64,000 nt of DNA from an uncultured Planctomycetaceae bacterium. GTDB taxonomy: Bacteria > Planctomycetota > Planctomycetia > Pirellulales > PALSA-1355. Location of the stretch: positions 534,800 through 598,799 of the forward strand of contig CAWAUV010000004.1 of the NCBI GenBank assembly GCA_963785305.1, written 5' to 3'. The first letter of the stretch is position 1, and each line of letters opens with the position of its first letter. Shown piece after piece: positions 1 through 12,300 of the stretch. The notes under the pieces were generated by a model, which searched no databases, was not told where the DNA came from, and saw only the letters and a list, made by a program, of their open reading frames with translations. The translations under genes and the position numbers were made by a program.

Positions 1-518
1 CGATAGGATTGAAGCTCGTCGGCCCCGCGGCCGGCATTATAAAGGTGCGTCAGCGTGAAGTAGCGCAGCTCGCCGCGCAAGCGCGGGTTGGCCTTTTCTA
101 GATCGGCGCGAATCAATTGGGCCATGTCTTGGGGCGAAATGAATTCGCGCGGGCCTTGCGAGGATTCGAAGTCGCCGGCGCCCGCGGCGATCCACTTACG
201 CAGCACGTCGATCTCCTCGGCCGTGGGACGGCGCTTCACGTCTTCCGGCGGCATCTCTCCCTCGATGATCCGCTTGAGCATCCGCGAATGCTCGGGATCG
301 CGCGACGCGATCATCTTGCGGGCCACGAGCTGCGGAACCTGCATCACGAAGTTGAAGCCGCCTTCGACGGTTCCATCGCGACCGTGGCATTCATGGCAAT
401 GCGTGGCCAATACCTGCCGGGCTCGCTGGGCGAGCGATGGCTCGGCCTGGGCCGCGCCCGACGAAGCGGCGGAAACGACCAGACCAAGGAGTCCGAGATA
501 TTGCAGTAAGCGTCGCAT
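1..518 (-). CDS. Planctomycete-type cytochrome c domain protein (N-terminal part; runs off the left edge of the window)
   Basis: Manual minus-strand translation, absent from the ORF track: MRRLLQYLGLLGLVVSAASSGAAQA (signal-like), then LATHCHECHG (CxxCH heme motif), GEMPP, EEIDVLRKWIAAGA. GGAGG RBS upstream of the ATG at 518. Confidence 0.8.
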   Translation of the reverse strand, partial: MRRLLQYLGLLGLVVSAASSGAAQAEPSLAQRARQVLATHCHECHGRDGTVEGGFNFVMQVPQLVARKMIASRDPEHSRMLKRIIEGEMPPEDVKRRPTAEEIDVLRKWIAAGAGDFESSQGPREFISPQDMAQLIRADLEKANPRLRGELRYFTLTHLYNAGRGADELQSY

Positions 519-832
519 GGTGATGCCTCCGTCGAACGCGTTTGGGGCCCCCTCTTTGGAGCCGAGAATTAGATGATTGCAAAAAGTCGTGGGTCCGGTC
601 AAATAAATCTTGGAAAATCGCCCACCGCGCTAGGATTTTGGCGTCCGACTGTTCGTTCGCCGGCCCGAGACGATGTAAGCGCGAGCTCCAATCCCGCGAT
701 TCAACCTGGAAAACGTGCGACGAGCGCGAAAATTCCTGGGCGGTTCGGAAGATTTCGGCCGCTGGCCCGTTTTCCCTTGCACGCGACGCCGCATGCTTGA
801 CGGCGATTCGCCGCGTGCCGAAACTTGGAGCC

Positions 833-1411
833 ATGGCCGATGTCACTCAAACTACTCCGACCGACGACGCGCTTTGCGAACTGCTCGCCGCGCGCGAGCA
901 TTCGCCCGCGGCCACCAGCCAAGCCCATTGGGCCTGCGGAGTGCTCTACGACCGCCATGCTCGCGGCGTGTTGGCGTTTCTGGCGTCGCGCAGCTCGCGA
1001 ACCGAGGCCGACGATTTGCATCAGGCGGTTTGGCAACGTGTCTGGCAGTCGGCGGGAACCGGCTTTCGCGGCGGCAATTTTCGGGCATGGTTGTTTCAGA
1101 TTGCCCGGAATCTGCTCATCGACGAGCGGCGGAAGAAGCGGCCCCAATCGCTCCCGGAAGCGCACGACGACGCCGACCACGGGGCATCGCGGCCCGACGA
1201 TATCCTGCTTGATCGCGAACGGATGCAAACCCTGGCCGAGTGTCTGGAAAAATTGGAAAGCACGGCCGGCGCTCTCATCCGCTCGCGGTTACGCGGCGAA
1301 AGCTACGAAGGGATTTGCGAACAGTTGAAGCTCACTGCGCATCGAGCCCATCGATTGCTGCACACCGCGAAACAGCAACTTCAAACCTGCGTGAATCGGT
1401 CCGAAGCATGA
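833..1411 (+). CDS. ECF RNA polymerase sigma-70 factor
   Basis: Region 2 ADDLHQAVWQRVW..FRAWLFQIARNLLIDERRK; region 4 GESYEGICEQL..AHRLLHTAKQQL. Start ATG at 833 (MADVT). Confidence 0.9.
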   Translation: MADVTQTTPTDDALCELLAAREHSPAATSQAHWACGVLYDRHARGVLAFLASRSSRTEADDLHQAVWQRVWQSAGTGFRGGNFRAWLFQIARNLLIDERRKKRPQSLPEAHDDADHGASRPDDILLDRERMQTLAECLEKLESTAGALIRSRLRGESYEGICEQLKLTAHRAHRLLHTAKQQLQTCVNRSEA

Positions 1412-2353
1412 AACTCCATTTGGTCGACATGCCCGACGAGCCGGCGGCCCTCGCCCGCTGGCTCGACGAGCGGCTCGTGAGCGCCGAGCTGGGCGAATGG
1501 ATCGCCGAGCTGATGGTTGCCCATGATGCGCCGTCGGCCGCGCTCGGGCGCCGCCGGAAGCGCTTGCCTCGGATTGGCTCGGGCCGGATCGCGATTCGGT
1601 GCTCGCGCGCGGTTTGCGGGCGCTCGAGGCCGAGAGGCTTTCGCAATTGCTTGCCGAGCCGAAGCTATTCGCCGGACTTCAAGAACTTGCGCTGGTCGAA
1701 GGCGGCCCGTATTGGAATGATCTACTCGCCCAACGGCGCGAATTCGACGATCTCTTGGCCAGCGGAAGGCGATCGCTGGGCGAGGCAGGCAACCCGCGAT
1801 TGCATCGCGATGCTTCGATGGCATCGCCGATCGATACACGTCCAGCGCCGGCTGGTGGTGGCTCGCATTGGACGCGGACGATCGCCACCGTGCTCGCGAC
1901 CGCGGCGGTCATGCTCGTGGCGTTTTCGGTCCGTGAGGCGAACCGCCCGCTTCCCGCTCCGGCCGCGGTGGCGTCGGGTTGGGGCTGGAATCGCCCCGAC
2001 GCGCTCCAGGCCCCGGCATCGACCACGCCGGGCCAATACCTCGAGCAGTTGGCGCTCGGGCGCAAGCATGGTTCAACAAGCGTCCCGACGACGCAGCGGC
2101 CGTCGCTCAACGGATTCTCGAACTGCGCCAAGGCTGCTCGCGGATATTGCTGTCGGCCCACGCTCCCCTGGCGCCGGCCGATCGCGAGTGGCTCAAAGAG
2201 CGCTGCCGGGTCTGGGCCGCGAAGTTCGACGAGCAGGTGGCCGCGATCGAACGTGGCGACGACCCGCTTCAGGTGCGCGAGCAAACCGACGCGACGGTTC
2301 GCAAACTGATCGACGCCCTTAAGGCCCGCTCCCAAAAAACGGCGACCGGCTGA
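1408..2353 (+). CDS. Putative membrane-anchored anti-sigma factor (2 apparent frameshifts)
   Basis: ATGA overlap with the sigma stop codon. Pieces MKLHLVDMPDEP.. (1408), ..LLAEPKLFAGLQEL..TM segment IATVLATAAVMLVAF (1599 ORF) and ..WFNKRP..LRQGCSRILL (1979 ORF) lie in three frames. Confidence 0.6.
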
Positions 2354-2616
2354 CGGATTTGGCGCCGTTCTCCCAGCGGGCGGGGGCTGTTGCGGAGCGG
2401 ATTGAACTGCCCCGGGGCGAGCAACACTGGCCGCCGCGCCGATCTTGCCCATTTTTTCTTCGCGGCCGCTTGCATCGCGATTTGCCGGGAATTATAAATC
2501 ACACAATCGTTCAATCGTTTGAGCGTATATGTGTTTGAACGTTAGAGCGATCGCCCGGCCCGCTCGCCTCCCTCCGGATCGAACCCCCCGCCCGACTGAA
2601 CCAACACGAGGTCGTC

Positions 2617-3873
2617 ATGCGCATTCGTCGCTCGATCGCGCCAGGCATGTTGCTGGCGAGTTGCTTGTCACTATCCGCCGCCTTGGCCCGGGCCGATGTG
2701 TGGGTGTCATCGTATTTCCAATACGACCCCACGACCCAAGCCGTCGGCGCGCTGCTCGATTATTCGAACTCGGGAACGCTTCTCGGTTCCTACGACAACG
2801 CCAACTTGCTGCAATATGCCACGGGCGTCGTCGCCGGGCCGAATAACATGCTTTATCTCACCAGTCCGGGAACCCTCTCGGTGGTGCAATTCAATCCGGC
2901 CACGGATGCGTTTTCGAATTTCGCCGTCGGCTCGCCGGCGACGGGTCCGCAATATCCAACGTCGCCGGTCGTGGGGCCCGATGGAAATCTCTATGTCGCC
3001 GACGCGGGAAGCAACAATGTTTATGCCTACAGTTTTTCGAATCCCTCGACGCCGACCATCATTCCGGGCGTGCCCAGTGGCGACTATGTCGGATCGATCG
3101 CGTTTTCTCCCAGCGGCGCATTGACGGTCGGCGACAATTCGACCGGCGCGATCTACAACCTGCCGAGCACCGGCACATCCGCGACGCCGTCCTATGCGGC
3201 GCCTTCGCCAGCCACGCAACTGGGCGAAGCGGGAAACACCATCGTCTATCCGTCGGGCCTTTTGTGGCACGGCAACGACTTATATATCTCCCAGCTCGGC
3301 GGCAACGGCGTCAACCAGTCGCCGAACAGCGGTCCGGGACAAATTCTCGAGCTCAGCTATGGTTCGAGCTTGAGCAATGTGCCCACGGCCACGACGCTCG
3401 CGCTCGCGGTTCCGCCCCAGCAGGGCGCGGATAGTAGCTACGACGCCTCAGCCTCGCCGGCGGGCATGATTCCCGATGGCACGGGCAAGGGTTTCTATTT
3501 GGCCTTTTTCGGACCGTCGGACTATTACCCGGAGGGCGGCGTCATGGACGTGACCTATGGTCTCACGTCGACGAGCTACTTTATCGCGCCTTATCCCAAC
3601 GGCGCCGGCATCTTCGCGCCGGGCGGTCTGGCGATCACTCCGGTTCCCGAGCCTTCGTCATGGGCGCTGCTGTGCATGGGATTGATCGCGCTGGCGCTGT
3701 GCGCTGGAATCGATCGCGGCGGCGAGCGGTTGCCTTCGATTGAATCCGCCGGAAAGCCGACGGAGTGTTTTCGCCGGCGCGAGCGATGGAAACGGGTGCG
3801 CTATCGCTTTTTGGACAAGGCGCCATCGGCGGTCGCGTTTTCGAGCGTGGTTGCTTCCCTGGGGGATGCGTGA
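2617..3873 (+). CDS. PEP-CTERM sorting-domain secreted protein, probable beta-propeller (NHL/Vgb-like) repeats
   Basis: N-terminal signal peptide; repeats GPNNMLYLT and [29 protein letters not shown] near the C-terminus. The tail after the TM segment may be a frameshift artefact. Confidence 0.85.
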   Translation: MRIRRSIAPGMLLASCLSLSAALARADVWVSSYFQYDPTTQAVGALLDYSNSGTLLGSYDNANLLQYATGVVAGPNNMLYLTSPGTLSVVQFNPATDAFSNFAVGSPATGPQYPTSPVVGPDGNLYVADAGSNNVYAYSFSNPSTPTIIPGVPSGDYVGSIAFSPSGALTVGDNSTGAIYNLPSTGTSATPSYAAPSPATQLGEAGNTIVYPSGLLWHGNDLYISQLGGNGVNQSPNSGPGQILELSYGSSLSNVPTATTLALAVPPQQGADSSYDASASPAGMIPDGTGKGFYLAFFGPSDYYPEGGVMDVTYGLTSTSYFIAPYPNGAGIFAPGGLAITPVPEPSSWALLCMGLIALALCAGIDRGGERLPSIESAGKPTECFRRRERWKRVRYRFLDKAPSAVAFSSVVASLGDA

Positions 3874-4980
3874 ATGGGGCGCGGCCAACAACATCGTCCG
3901 CGATTTCGCCAGTATACGCGCCGGGCGCCGGTCGCCTGAGTCGTTTTCGCCATGTGAACCGCGGGCGGCTCGCATTCACGCTGGTCGAGCTACTGGTCGT
4001 GATTGCGATCATTGGCGTGCTGATCGCGCTATTGTTGCCGGCGGTGCAGGCCGCCCGCGAAGCGGCCCGTCGCGCCAGTTGCGCCAACAATCTCAAGCAA
4101 ATTGGCCTCGCCACTCAGAATTTCTATAGCGCGCATTGCAGCATGCCCCCGGGCGCCACGGCCAAAGCTTGGTCCGATGCGCCAGCCAATCCTTGGACCT
4201 TCTATCGCTGGTCGACGCTCGCGCATCTGACGCCGTTCATGGAAAACGCCAATGTTCAGAACGCGCTTGACATGACCCTGCCCATGTACGGCCCGAATCT
4301 GGCCATTACGCCGCAAAATGCCCCGGGCCTTGCGCTGGTCGTGAACGAGTTCCTGTGTCCCACGGATTTGGGCGGCGTGGTGGCGACGGGCTTTGGGCCG
4401 ACGAACTATGCGGCCTGCGCCGGAAGCGGCAGCGGCGCTGGCCCGGGCGGCGCACCGCCAACCGGCTACGCCGGTAGTCCCTGGCAAACCGATGGTATTT
4501 TCTATGTCAACTCCGCCACCACCTTCCGGCAGATTACCGACGGCACGAGCAAGACGGTTGCCTTTTCGGAAAGCGTGTTGGGCAATGCGACGCCCGGGTC
4601 CGCCACGGATCCGCTGACCGATTACATCTACGCCGAGGGCGCCCCGATGCTCGCCAGCAACTGGCGCGATCTAGCCAATGGAATTACACCCTGCCCCGCG
4701 GCTTCTCTTGGGCCGATGGCGAATTTCGCTGCGGGCTATTCAATCACTTTTATGGCCCCAACTCCACGCAAGCCGATTGCATTGGAGTGAACGTGGGCGG
4801 CGGAACCCAGGTCGAATTCACGGCCTTCGGCTGCGCGCTGCCCGCGGCCGGCACCCGGGCGGACTCAACACCGCGTTTGCCGACGGCTCGGTGGCCTACC
4901 TCGGCGAGGAGATATCCCTGCTGCTCTGGCAAGCCCATGCGACGCGGGCCGGGAACGAAGTCGTTGCCGTTCCCGATTGA
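3870..4980 (+). CDS. DUF1559 / prepilin-type N-terminal cleavage domain protein (H-X9-DG C-terminal motif), frameshifted near the 3' end
   Basis: [71 protein letters not shown] in the 4678..4980 frame. Confidence 0.9.
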
Positions 4981-5188
4981 GCGCCTGGCATTCGTGATCT
5001 CCCACGCGGTCACTGGAAGTCGGCATGGCATTTGCTTTCATGTCCGCCCTTCAATCGAACGGCGAATCGGTCGCTTGTCGACCAAGCCGTCGAACGGGCG
5101 CCCAGCGACGGCGGACGCTAGGCGACCAATTTGGCTCATAAACGACCGAGATATCTAGCGACGCATCGAACAAGGGACGAACGCCGCG

Positions 5189-7024
5189 ATGGATCCGCTT
5201 ATAAGTTTGGTGGGAATTTTGGTGCTCGGCGTCGCGGCCCAGTGGGTGGCCTGGCGAATCGGTGCGCTGTCGATCTTGCTCCTGCTGGCGGTGGGGCTGC
5301 TTGCCGGGCCAGGACTAGGAATTTTGCATCCCGACGCGCTGCTCGGTTCGCTGCTCCTGCCGGTGGTGTCACTGTCGGTGGCGGTGGTGCTGTTCGAGGG
5401 CGGACTCTCGCTCAAGGTCAAGGAGCTGCGGGCGGTCGGTGGCGTGTTGCTGGGGCTTTCGACCGTGGGAGTGCTCGTTTCCTGGGGCATCGCGGCCCTG
5501 GGGCGCATTATCTCTTGAAGTTCCAGTGGTGCTCGCGGCGGTGCTGGGGGCGATCCTCGTCGTCACCGGGCCCACGGTCATCGGGCCGCTGTTGCGACAT
5601 ATGCGCCTCGGTGGGCAGATCGGTTCGCTGCTCAAGTGGGAGGGCATTTTGATCGATCCCGTGGGCGCGGTCCTCGCGGTGCTCGTGTTCACCGCGGTGC
5701 GCTCCGGCGGACTGCGCCAAGCGGCCGGACCCGTGTTTCATGATTTTTTGATGACCGCGCTCGTCGGGGTCGGGCTGGGGGTGGCCGGAGCGGCGGCGCT
5801 CGTGGCGCTGCTCGGCCGATACTGGATTCCCGACTCGCTGCAAAATCCGGCGGTGCTCGCCACCGTGTTTGGCGTGTTTGGGCTCGCGCACTTGGCGCCG
5901 GGCGATGGCGGCCTGATCGCGGTCACCGTGATGGGGATCGTGCTCGCGAATCAGGCGCTCGGTGAGCATTCGGCATTTGATCGAGTTCAAGGAGAATCTG
6001 ACGGTGCTCCTGATCTCGTGCCTGTTTCTCGTGCTCTCGGCGCGGCTCGAGCGCCGCGATCTGGCGAGCCTTGATCTTGGAGTGGTCGCGTTTTTGGGAG
6101 TGCTGGTGTTCGTGGCCCGTCCGCTGGCGGCGCTCGCGTCGAACGATTCGGTTCGAAGCTTTCCTGGCGCGAGCGGTTGTTTCTTTGCGCGATGGCGCCG
6201 CGAGGGATCGTGGCCGCGGCCGTGACTTCGGTGTTCGCGATCGAGTTCACGCGCTCCGGCCTCGCCGACGCCGCGCGGCTGCCGCCGATCGTGTTCGCCG
6301 TCATCATTGGCACGGTGCTGCTCTATGGCCTGAGCGCCGCGCCCTCGGCGCGGCGCTTGGCCTGGCGCGGCCCAATCCGCAAGGAGTGTTGCTCGTGGGA
6401 GCGCATGCGTGGTCGCGGGCGATCGCCCACGCGCTCAAGACCGAAGGCTGCCCGGCGACACTGGTCGATTCCGACTGGTCGAATGTGGCGCTGGCCCGGC
6501 AGGCGGGTCTAAAAACGTTTTTCGGCAGCATCCTCTCGGAACACACGCTCGACGAGATCGCGGTCGGCGAATTGGGCCGGCTGATGGCGATCACGCCCAA
6601 CGACGAAGCCAACTCGCTCGCTTGCTTGCGGTTCATGCATATCTTCGGACGACGCGAAGTGTACCAAATACCCTTCACGGCCCCCGCGGCCGGACGACGC
6701 GAGGCGGTGTCGCTCGACCAGCGCGGCCGCATGCTTTTCGACCCCGCGATGACGCTCCCGAAACTGTGTGAACAATTCGGCGACGACCCAAGCCTCGGCG
6801 CCACTCGGCTCACCGAGGAGTTCGACTATCAAGCATTTCGCCGGTTGCATGGCGACAACAAACTACCGTTGTTCTTGCTCAAGCCCACGGGCGAGATGGC
6901 GCCCTTCGTGGCCGGCGAGGAACTCGATCCGCGACCCGGGCACACGGTCATCAGCGCCACCCGGCTCGCGAGTGTCGAGGCGCCTCCCGTCGTCGCGGCG
7001 CCGGAACCGGCGGCTTGTACATGA
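5189..7024 (+). CDS. CPA1-family cation:proton antiporter with C-terminal TrkA-N/RCK-like domain (about 4 frameshifts)
   Basis: Hydrophobic pieces VVLFEGGLSL, VVTGPTVIGPLL, WEGILIDPVGA, APRGIVAAAV across ORFs 5189/5439/5962/6177, followed by GVLLVGAHAWSRAIA..LVDSD..ITPNDEAN. Confidence 0.85.
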
Positions 7025-7111
7025 ATTTGTCGCTCGACCGGCGCGGCCGTCGGATGCGAGCAGCTTTCGAAGCAAGGTCCCGTATTAACTCAGGAAACGA
7101 AGGACGAACCC

Positions 7112-8227
7112 ATGCGATTCTATCAATGTGCCTGCGAAAACACGCTGTTTTTCGATAATAGTCAATGCCTTTCTTGCGGGCGCGAAGTGGGGTATTGCTC
7201 CCAGTGCCGCGAGATCGCGGCGCTCGAGCCGATCGAAGCCGGCAAGTACCGCTGCACGAAGCCCGACTGCGGCGCCGAGCTCGTGAAGTGCAAAAATTAC
7301 TCGCTGCACAATGTTTGCAATCGTTGCGTGGCGGTGGATAACAATCACGACGAGGGCCTGTGCGATTGCTGCCGGTTCAACGACACGATTCCCGATCTCA
7401 CGGTCCAAGGCAACCTGGCCAAGTGGTATCGCCTCGAAGCGGCCAAGCGGCGGTTATTTTATGATCTCGGCCAATTGGGCCTGCCTTTTGGCACGGCGGC
7501 CGACGGCATCGATCCGCCGTTGAGCTTCGACTTCAAAGCCGATTTTTTGTCGCCCGAGGACCTCTGGCGCGGCGGCGACGAGGGCGAAAAAGTGTTCACC
7601 GGCCACGACCAAGGCCGCATTACGATCAACGTTCGCGAGGCCGACTCGGCCTGGCGCGAAAAGCAGCGGGTCGACATGCGCGAATCCCATCGCTCGTTGA
7701 TCGGACACTTTCGCCATGAGATCGGCCATTACTACTGGGACCTGCTCGTCAAAGGCCGCCGCGAGGACGAATCGCGCGCCGTGTTCGGCGACCACGACAA
7801 CCCCACGTATCCAGACGCTCTCGCGCAACACTATCAAAACGGCCCGCCAGTCGACTGGAAAGAGCGCTTCATCAGCTCGTACGCCACGATGCATCCTTGG
7901 GAAGACTTCGCCGAAACCTGGGCGGCGTATCTCGATATGTGCAGCATGCTCGACACGGCCCAAAGCGTGGGATTCGGCGGCGAGTCCGACCCGGTCAATG
8001 CCGATCTGGACTTCATGATCCGGCGCCATCAGCAGCTTGGCATTGCTTGCAATGAAATGAATCGCAACATGGGGCTGCTCGATGCCGTGCCGCAGATTTT
8101 CGTGCGGCCGGTCGTCGAGAAGATGCGATTCGTGCATTCGCTGGTGCTCGATGCGCGAGCCCAAAACGGCGCGCTCGGCGGTCAAACCTCGGCCGCGACG
8201 GCGCCGCAACCGGTCGGCGCGGCGTGA
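7112..8227 (+). CDS. Zinc-ribbon plus putative zinc-binding metallopeptidase (DUF2248-like)
   Basis: N-terminal Cys clusters (CACENTLFFDNSQCLSC); HFRHEIGHYYW (HExxH); SSYATMHPWEDFAETWA. Confidence 0.85.
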   Translation: MRFYQCACENTLFFDNSQCLSCGREVGYCSQCREIAALEPIEAGKYRCTKPDCGAELVKCKNYSLHNVCNRCVAVDNNHDEGLCDCCRFNDTIPDLTVQGNLAKWYRLEAAKRRLFYDLGQLGLPFGTAADGIDPPLSFDFKADFLSPEDLWRGGDEGEKVFTGHDQGRITINVREADSAWREKQRVDMRESHRSLIGHFRHEIGHYYWDLLVKGRREDESRAVFGDHDNPTYPDALAQHYQNGPPVDWKERFISSYATMHPWEDFAETWAAYLDMCSMLDTAQSVGFGGESDPVNADLDFMIRRHQQLGIACNEMNRNMGLLDAVPQIFVRPVVEKMRFVHSLVLDARAQNGALGGQTSAATAPQPVGAA

Positions 8228-8434
8228 GTCGCTCCGCGGGATGCGCTTCGAGCACCGCGCTCGCGACCATGGTTTGTTCGCGCGAAATCAATTGCGCCGG
8301 CCGGTCCCGGTTCAAGCCTGACGGTCGCCGACGCCGATAATGCTCAACGAATCGCGCTCCCGGCGCGCGATTGCATCGGCTTGTGGAGGCACGGACGCCT
8401 TGAAGGGCCCCAAGATGGGGCGGAGGCAAGCACT

Positions 8435-9070
8435 GTGAGCAAGTTTCAAAGACTTCGTTTGGCGACGATTGCAATGCTGGCTTGCGGCGCAAGCAGCGCC
8501 ATGCTTCGGGCCGACGATCCCAATGTCAGCTATGTTCAAGAAAACGGCGTGACCTATCGCGTCACCCGGCAGCCGACGCAGCACCCCGTTACCGAGACAC
8601 ATCTCGAGACGCGCGAGTCGACGATCTATCAAACCCATGTCACCACGGAAATGCAGACCACGGCCCGCACCTTTCCGGTGGCGGTGACGGAGTATCACTG
8701 GCAGCCGGTGTATCGGCGTTCGTGGAATGTGTTCGCGCCTCCCACGCTGAGCTACGAACTCGTGCCCGAGACTCGCTGGGAAACCCGCAGCGACACGGTG
8801 CAAACGCCGGTTACGCGGAGCGTGGTGGCGCCGGTGAAGGTCAGCCAGACCGTGCCGGTCACTTCGCAACGGGTCTATTCGGGCGAGATCGTGAGCAAGG
8901 TGCCGGTGGGGCCCATTGCGGGGGGCGCGGCGAATGTCGCGGCGGCTCCTGGCTCGCCCGCGGCCACGGTGGCCGATCGCTCGGCGGTGGGCGGCATCTA
9001 CAAGCTCGACAACGATCCTCCTCGTAGCGGCGCCTCGTGGCATCCGACGACCGATTCGCTGCGGCGGTGA
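8435..9070 (+). CDS. Secreted Thr/Val-rich hypothetical protein
   Basis: GTG start after GGAGG; signal-like N-terminus; T/V/P-rich beta-like repeats. Confidence 0.65.
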   Translation: MSKFQRLRLATIAMLACGASSAMLRADDPNVSYVQENGVTYRVTRQPTQHPVTETHLETRESTIYQTHVTTEMQTTARTFPVAVTEYHWQPVYRRSWNVFAPPTLSYELVPETRWETRSDTVQTPVTRSVVAPVKVSQTVPVTSQRVYSGEIVSKVPVGPIAGGAANVAAAPGSPAATVADRSAVGGIYKLDNDPPRSGASWHPTTDSLRR

Positions 9071-9393
9071 TCGGGCCAACCGGGATTTGCCGTGCTAGCG
9101 GTCGATGCTGGCAGGGCTTCGCGCGGGCTGCGGGGGCCACTCGCTCTCGGCATTGCGTCGAGTTTCGAGACACGGCGCGATTGTGTCTTGATCGTGCGCG
9201 CGAGGGCAAGCATTGCTGGCGTTTACATTGTGCGCGCCACCTTGCGATTTCTGGCTTTTACCGCAAGCGGCGCCGTGGATTACGTCGATTCCGGCATAGC
9301 TTGCGCGATCGGGGAGCGATACAATTCCCGCCCGCGTTTCCCCCAGGGAGCGATCTCCCCCGATGATAAGGATTTAACATCGCTAGGCTTTCG

Positions 9394-12300
9394 ATGTTCC
9401 GACAGGGATGTCTGAGCAGTTCGTGCCCCGCGGCCAATGCATCGAGCAGTTTCCAGCGGGCATGGATTGCCCGCTGGGAAATCCTCATCTGCTTGTTGCT
9501 TGCCTGGGCTCAAGCGGCGCCATCGCACGGCGCGGATCTGGCGATGCGCTTACGCGTCGCGTGGGGGGGCGGCGCGGACCGACAATGGCATGGCTCGTTG
9601 CACGCGGTCGATGGTCAGATCGCCGAGATCGCGGCCCTGGGCGTCGAAGCCGATGAACCCGGTTCGCTATGGCTCGAGGACGGGCGCCTGGTTTTCCATC
9701 AGCGGGCGCCGCGAGCCTACGACGCCGTGGACCTCGCGGTCACGGCCGATATCCATTCGCGGCTCATGGTTAGGCTCTCTCCGGCCGGCGCCGCCGAGGA
9801 ACCCAAACCGATCGAGATTCCGCTGGCCGACCTCGTGGCCGGCTCCTATGCGACTTCGCTCGATGTCGACGGCAACAGGCTCTTGATCACGCGCTCTCCG
9901 GGCGATCGCCTGCGAGTGAAATTCGATCGCGAATCGTTGGTCTTTTCGCCCGGCGATACTTTCGAACTCGAAGCGCAGCCGCACTTGCTGGGACTCACTG
10001 GCGCCGCGGCCACCCGCGTGGTCGGGCAACTGCTGGGCCCGGGTGGAACGCGCGCGCTTGGTCCGACGAACAAGAGGCGACCTCCGGCGAAACTTCCACG
10101 CCCGGCAAGCCCGCCAAATTCACGATCAAGATGCCCGAAGCCGAGGGCGTGTACGATCTACAACTCACGGCCAACACGGTTTGGACGCGGCAACTACCGT
10201 TTAAGAAGCAACTGGCCGAGCGCCGGGTGCAAGTGATCGTGATCGATCAGCGAGCTCCGCCGCGTTCGTCGTCGGCGACCGCTTTGAGTCCGATATCGGA
10301 AATCGATCCGGTGAATCCCAACTGGTGGGAACGGCTAGCGAGCGTGCCCAACATTCCCGGATTGCATAAGGGCCCGCTCGGCAATGGGGCCGTCGGCCGT
10401 TGGGATCATCCGACGCTGGGACCGTTCATGCGACTCGCGCCCGCCGCGCCCGGCGCCCAGCCCAATTGGGAAGCCTATCCGCTCGCCGCGCAACAGCCTG
10501 GCGCACCGCATGTGGTCGAGGTCGACTATCCGAGCGATGTGGCTCAAACGCTCGGTCTCAGCATTTTGGAGCCCAACGCGGCGGGCGCGGTGGTGCCGAT
10601 CGGGCTCGATTCCGGAGTATATGTCTCGAGCTCCGACGGCGAGGCGCCCCAGCGGCTCAAGCATCGGCTGGTGTTTTGGCCGCGCACGCGTTCGCCGCTC
10701 TTGCTGGTGACGAATCGACGACCGGGAAGTGAAGCGGTGTATGGCACGATTCGTCTGCTTGGCCCGGCGGCCGGAAAATTCGGCTACTTGGCGGCGGCCA
10801 ATGTCTCGGCCCGACAGCTTCCGCCGGCGTTTGCCCAGGAGCCGCGCGGCGGTCGTCTGCTCGCGGGGTATTTCGACCGACCCTTGGTGGCGGAGAATTT
10901 TTCGGCGAGCGAATTATTCGATCCCGTGAGCCGCCGGAGTCTCGACGACTGGACCACGTTCTATCAAGCCGGATCGCGGCTCGTGGATTACCTGCGCCAT
11001 GTCGGTTACAACGGCCTGATTCTGACCGTGGCGGCCGACTCGAGCGGCCTCGCGCCGAGCAAACTGCTCGAACCGACGCCGCGGCACGATACCGGCGTGT
11101 TCTTCTCCAACGGCCAAGACCCGGTGCGGAAAGATGTCGCCGAGTTGCTATTTCGGCTCTTCGACCGCGAGGGGCTGCGGCTGATTCCCGGAGTGCAGTT
11201 CACCGGACCGCTGCCCGCTCTCGAAGCGCTGCGCCGCGCGGAGCCCAACACCGTGGGCCTCGAATGGATCGGGCCCGATGGCGTGGCCTGGGTCGATCGA
11301 CGCCGCGGCCGGGCAAGCGGCGCGCCGGTCTACAATCCGCTCGATCCCCGCGTGCAAGACGCGATGGTGGCGGTCGTGGCCGAGTTGGCCGAGCGCTATC
11401 GCGGCCACACATCATTCGCCGGAATCTCGATCGCGCTTTCCGACGAAGGCTACGCGCAACTTCCGAACTCCGATGGCGGCTACGACGACGAAACCATCGC
11501 CCGCTTCACCCGCGACACGCGCGTCGACGCTCCGGGTCAAGGCGAAAATCGTTTCGCCGCCCGGGCCAAGTTTCTCAACGGCGCCGCTCGCGGCTCGTGG
11601 TTCGCTTGGCGCACCAATCAGATCGCGACGCTGCACAAACGCATGCGGCAAGCGCTCGGCCCTGAAACCTCGGGCGCGGTTGTACCTGGCGGCGGCCACC
11701 CTGCTCGATCATCCGCAGGCCCAGCGCAGCTTGCGACCGGCGCTGCCCCGCAGAATGAAGCTCGACGAAGTGTTGCTCGGCCTCGGCATTCGGCCCGAGG
11801 CCTATCGGACCGAAGACGGCATCGTGCTGTTGCGCCCCCAGCGATTGAGCGCGCCGGGCGATCCACTCAATCAGGTCGAACACGAAGTCAACAGCGCGAG
11901 CGACCTGAATCGAGTGCTGGCGGCCACGGCGCATCCGGGCGCACTCTGTTATCACGAACCCGATCGCACACGGCTCGCTTCATTCGACGCGAAAAGCCCG
12001 TTCGGACAGTCGACAACCTTCACGTCGCTCGTGTCGGAATTATCTCCCTCGGGAGGAGAAAATCGGCGGCGGTTCGTGCATGCCATCGCCGCGCTCGACG
12101 CCGAATCCATTTTCGACGGGGGGTGGCTGCTGCCGCTGGGGCAAGAAGCGTCGCTGGCCGAGGTGGTGAATGTGTACCGGCGCCTGCCCGCGGCTCGATT
12201 CGAGACGCTCGACGAACCAAGCCAGCCGGTGACGATTCGCTACCTGGCCCAAGACAAAGAGACGATCGTGTATTTCGCGAACGACTCGGCCTGGCCGGTC

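Noticed and set aside
88..576. Plus-strand ORFs 88..576 and 117..509
   Set aside because: Shadow ORFs antisense to the cytochrome c gene.
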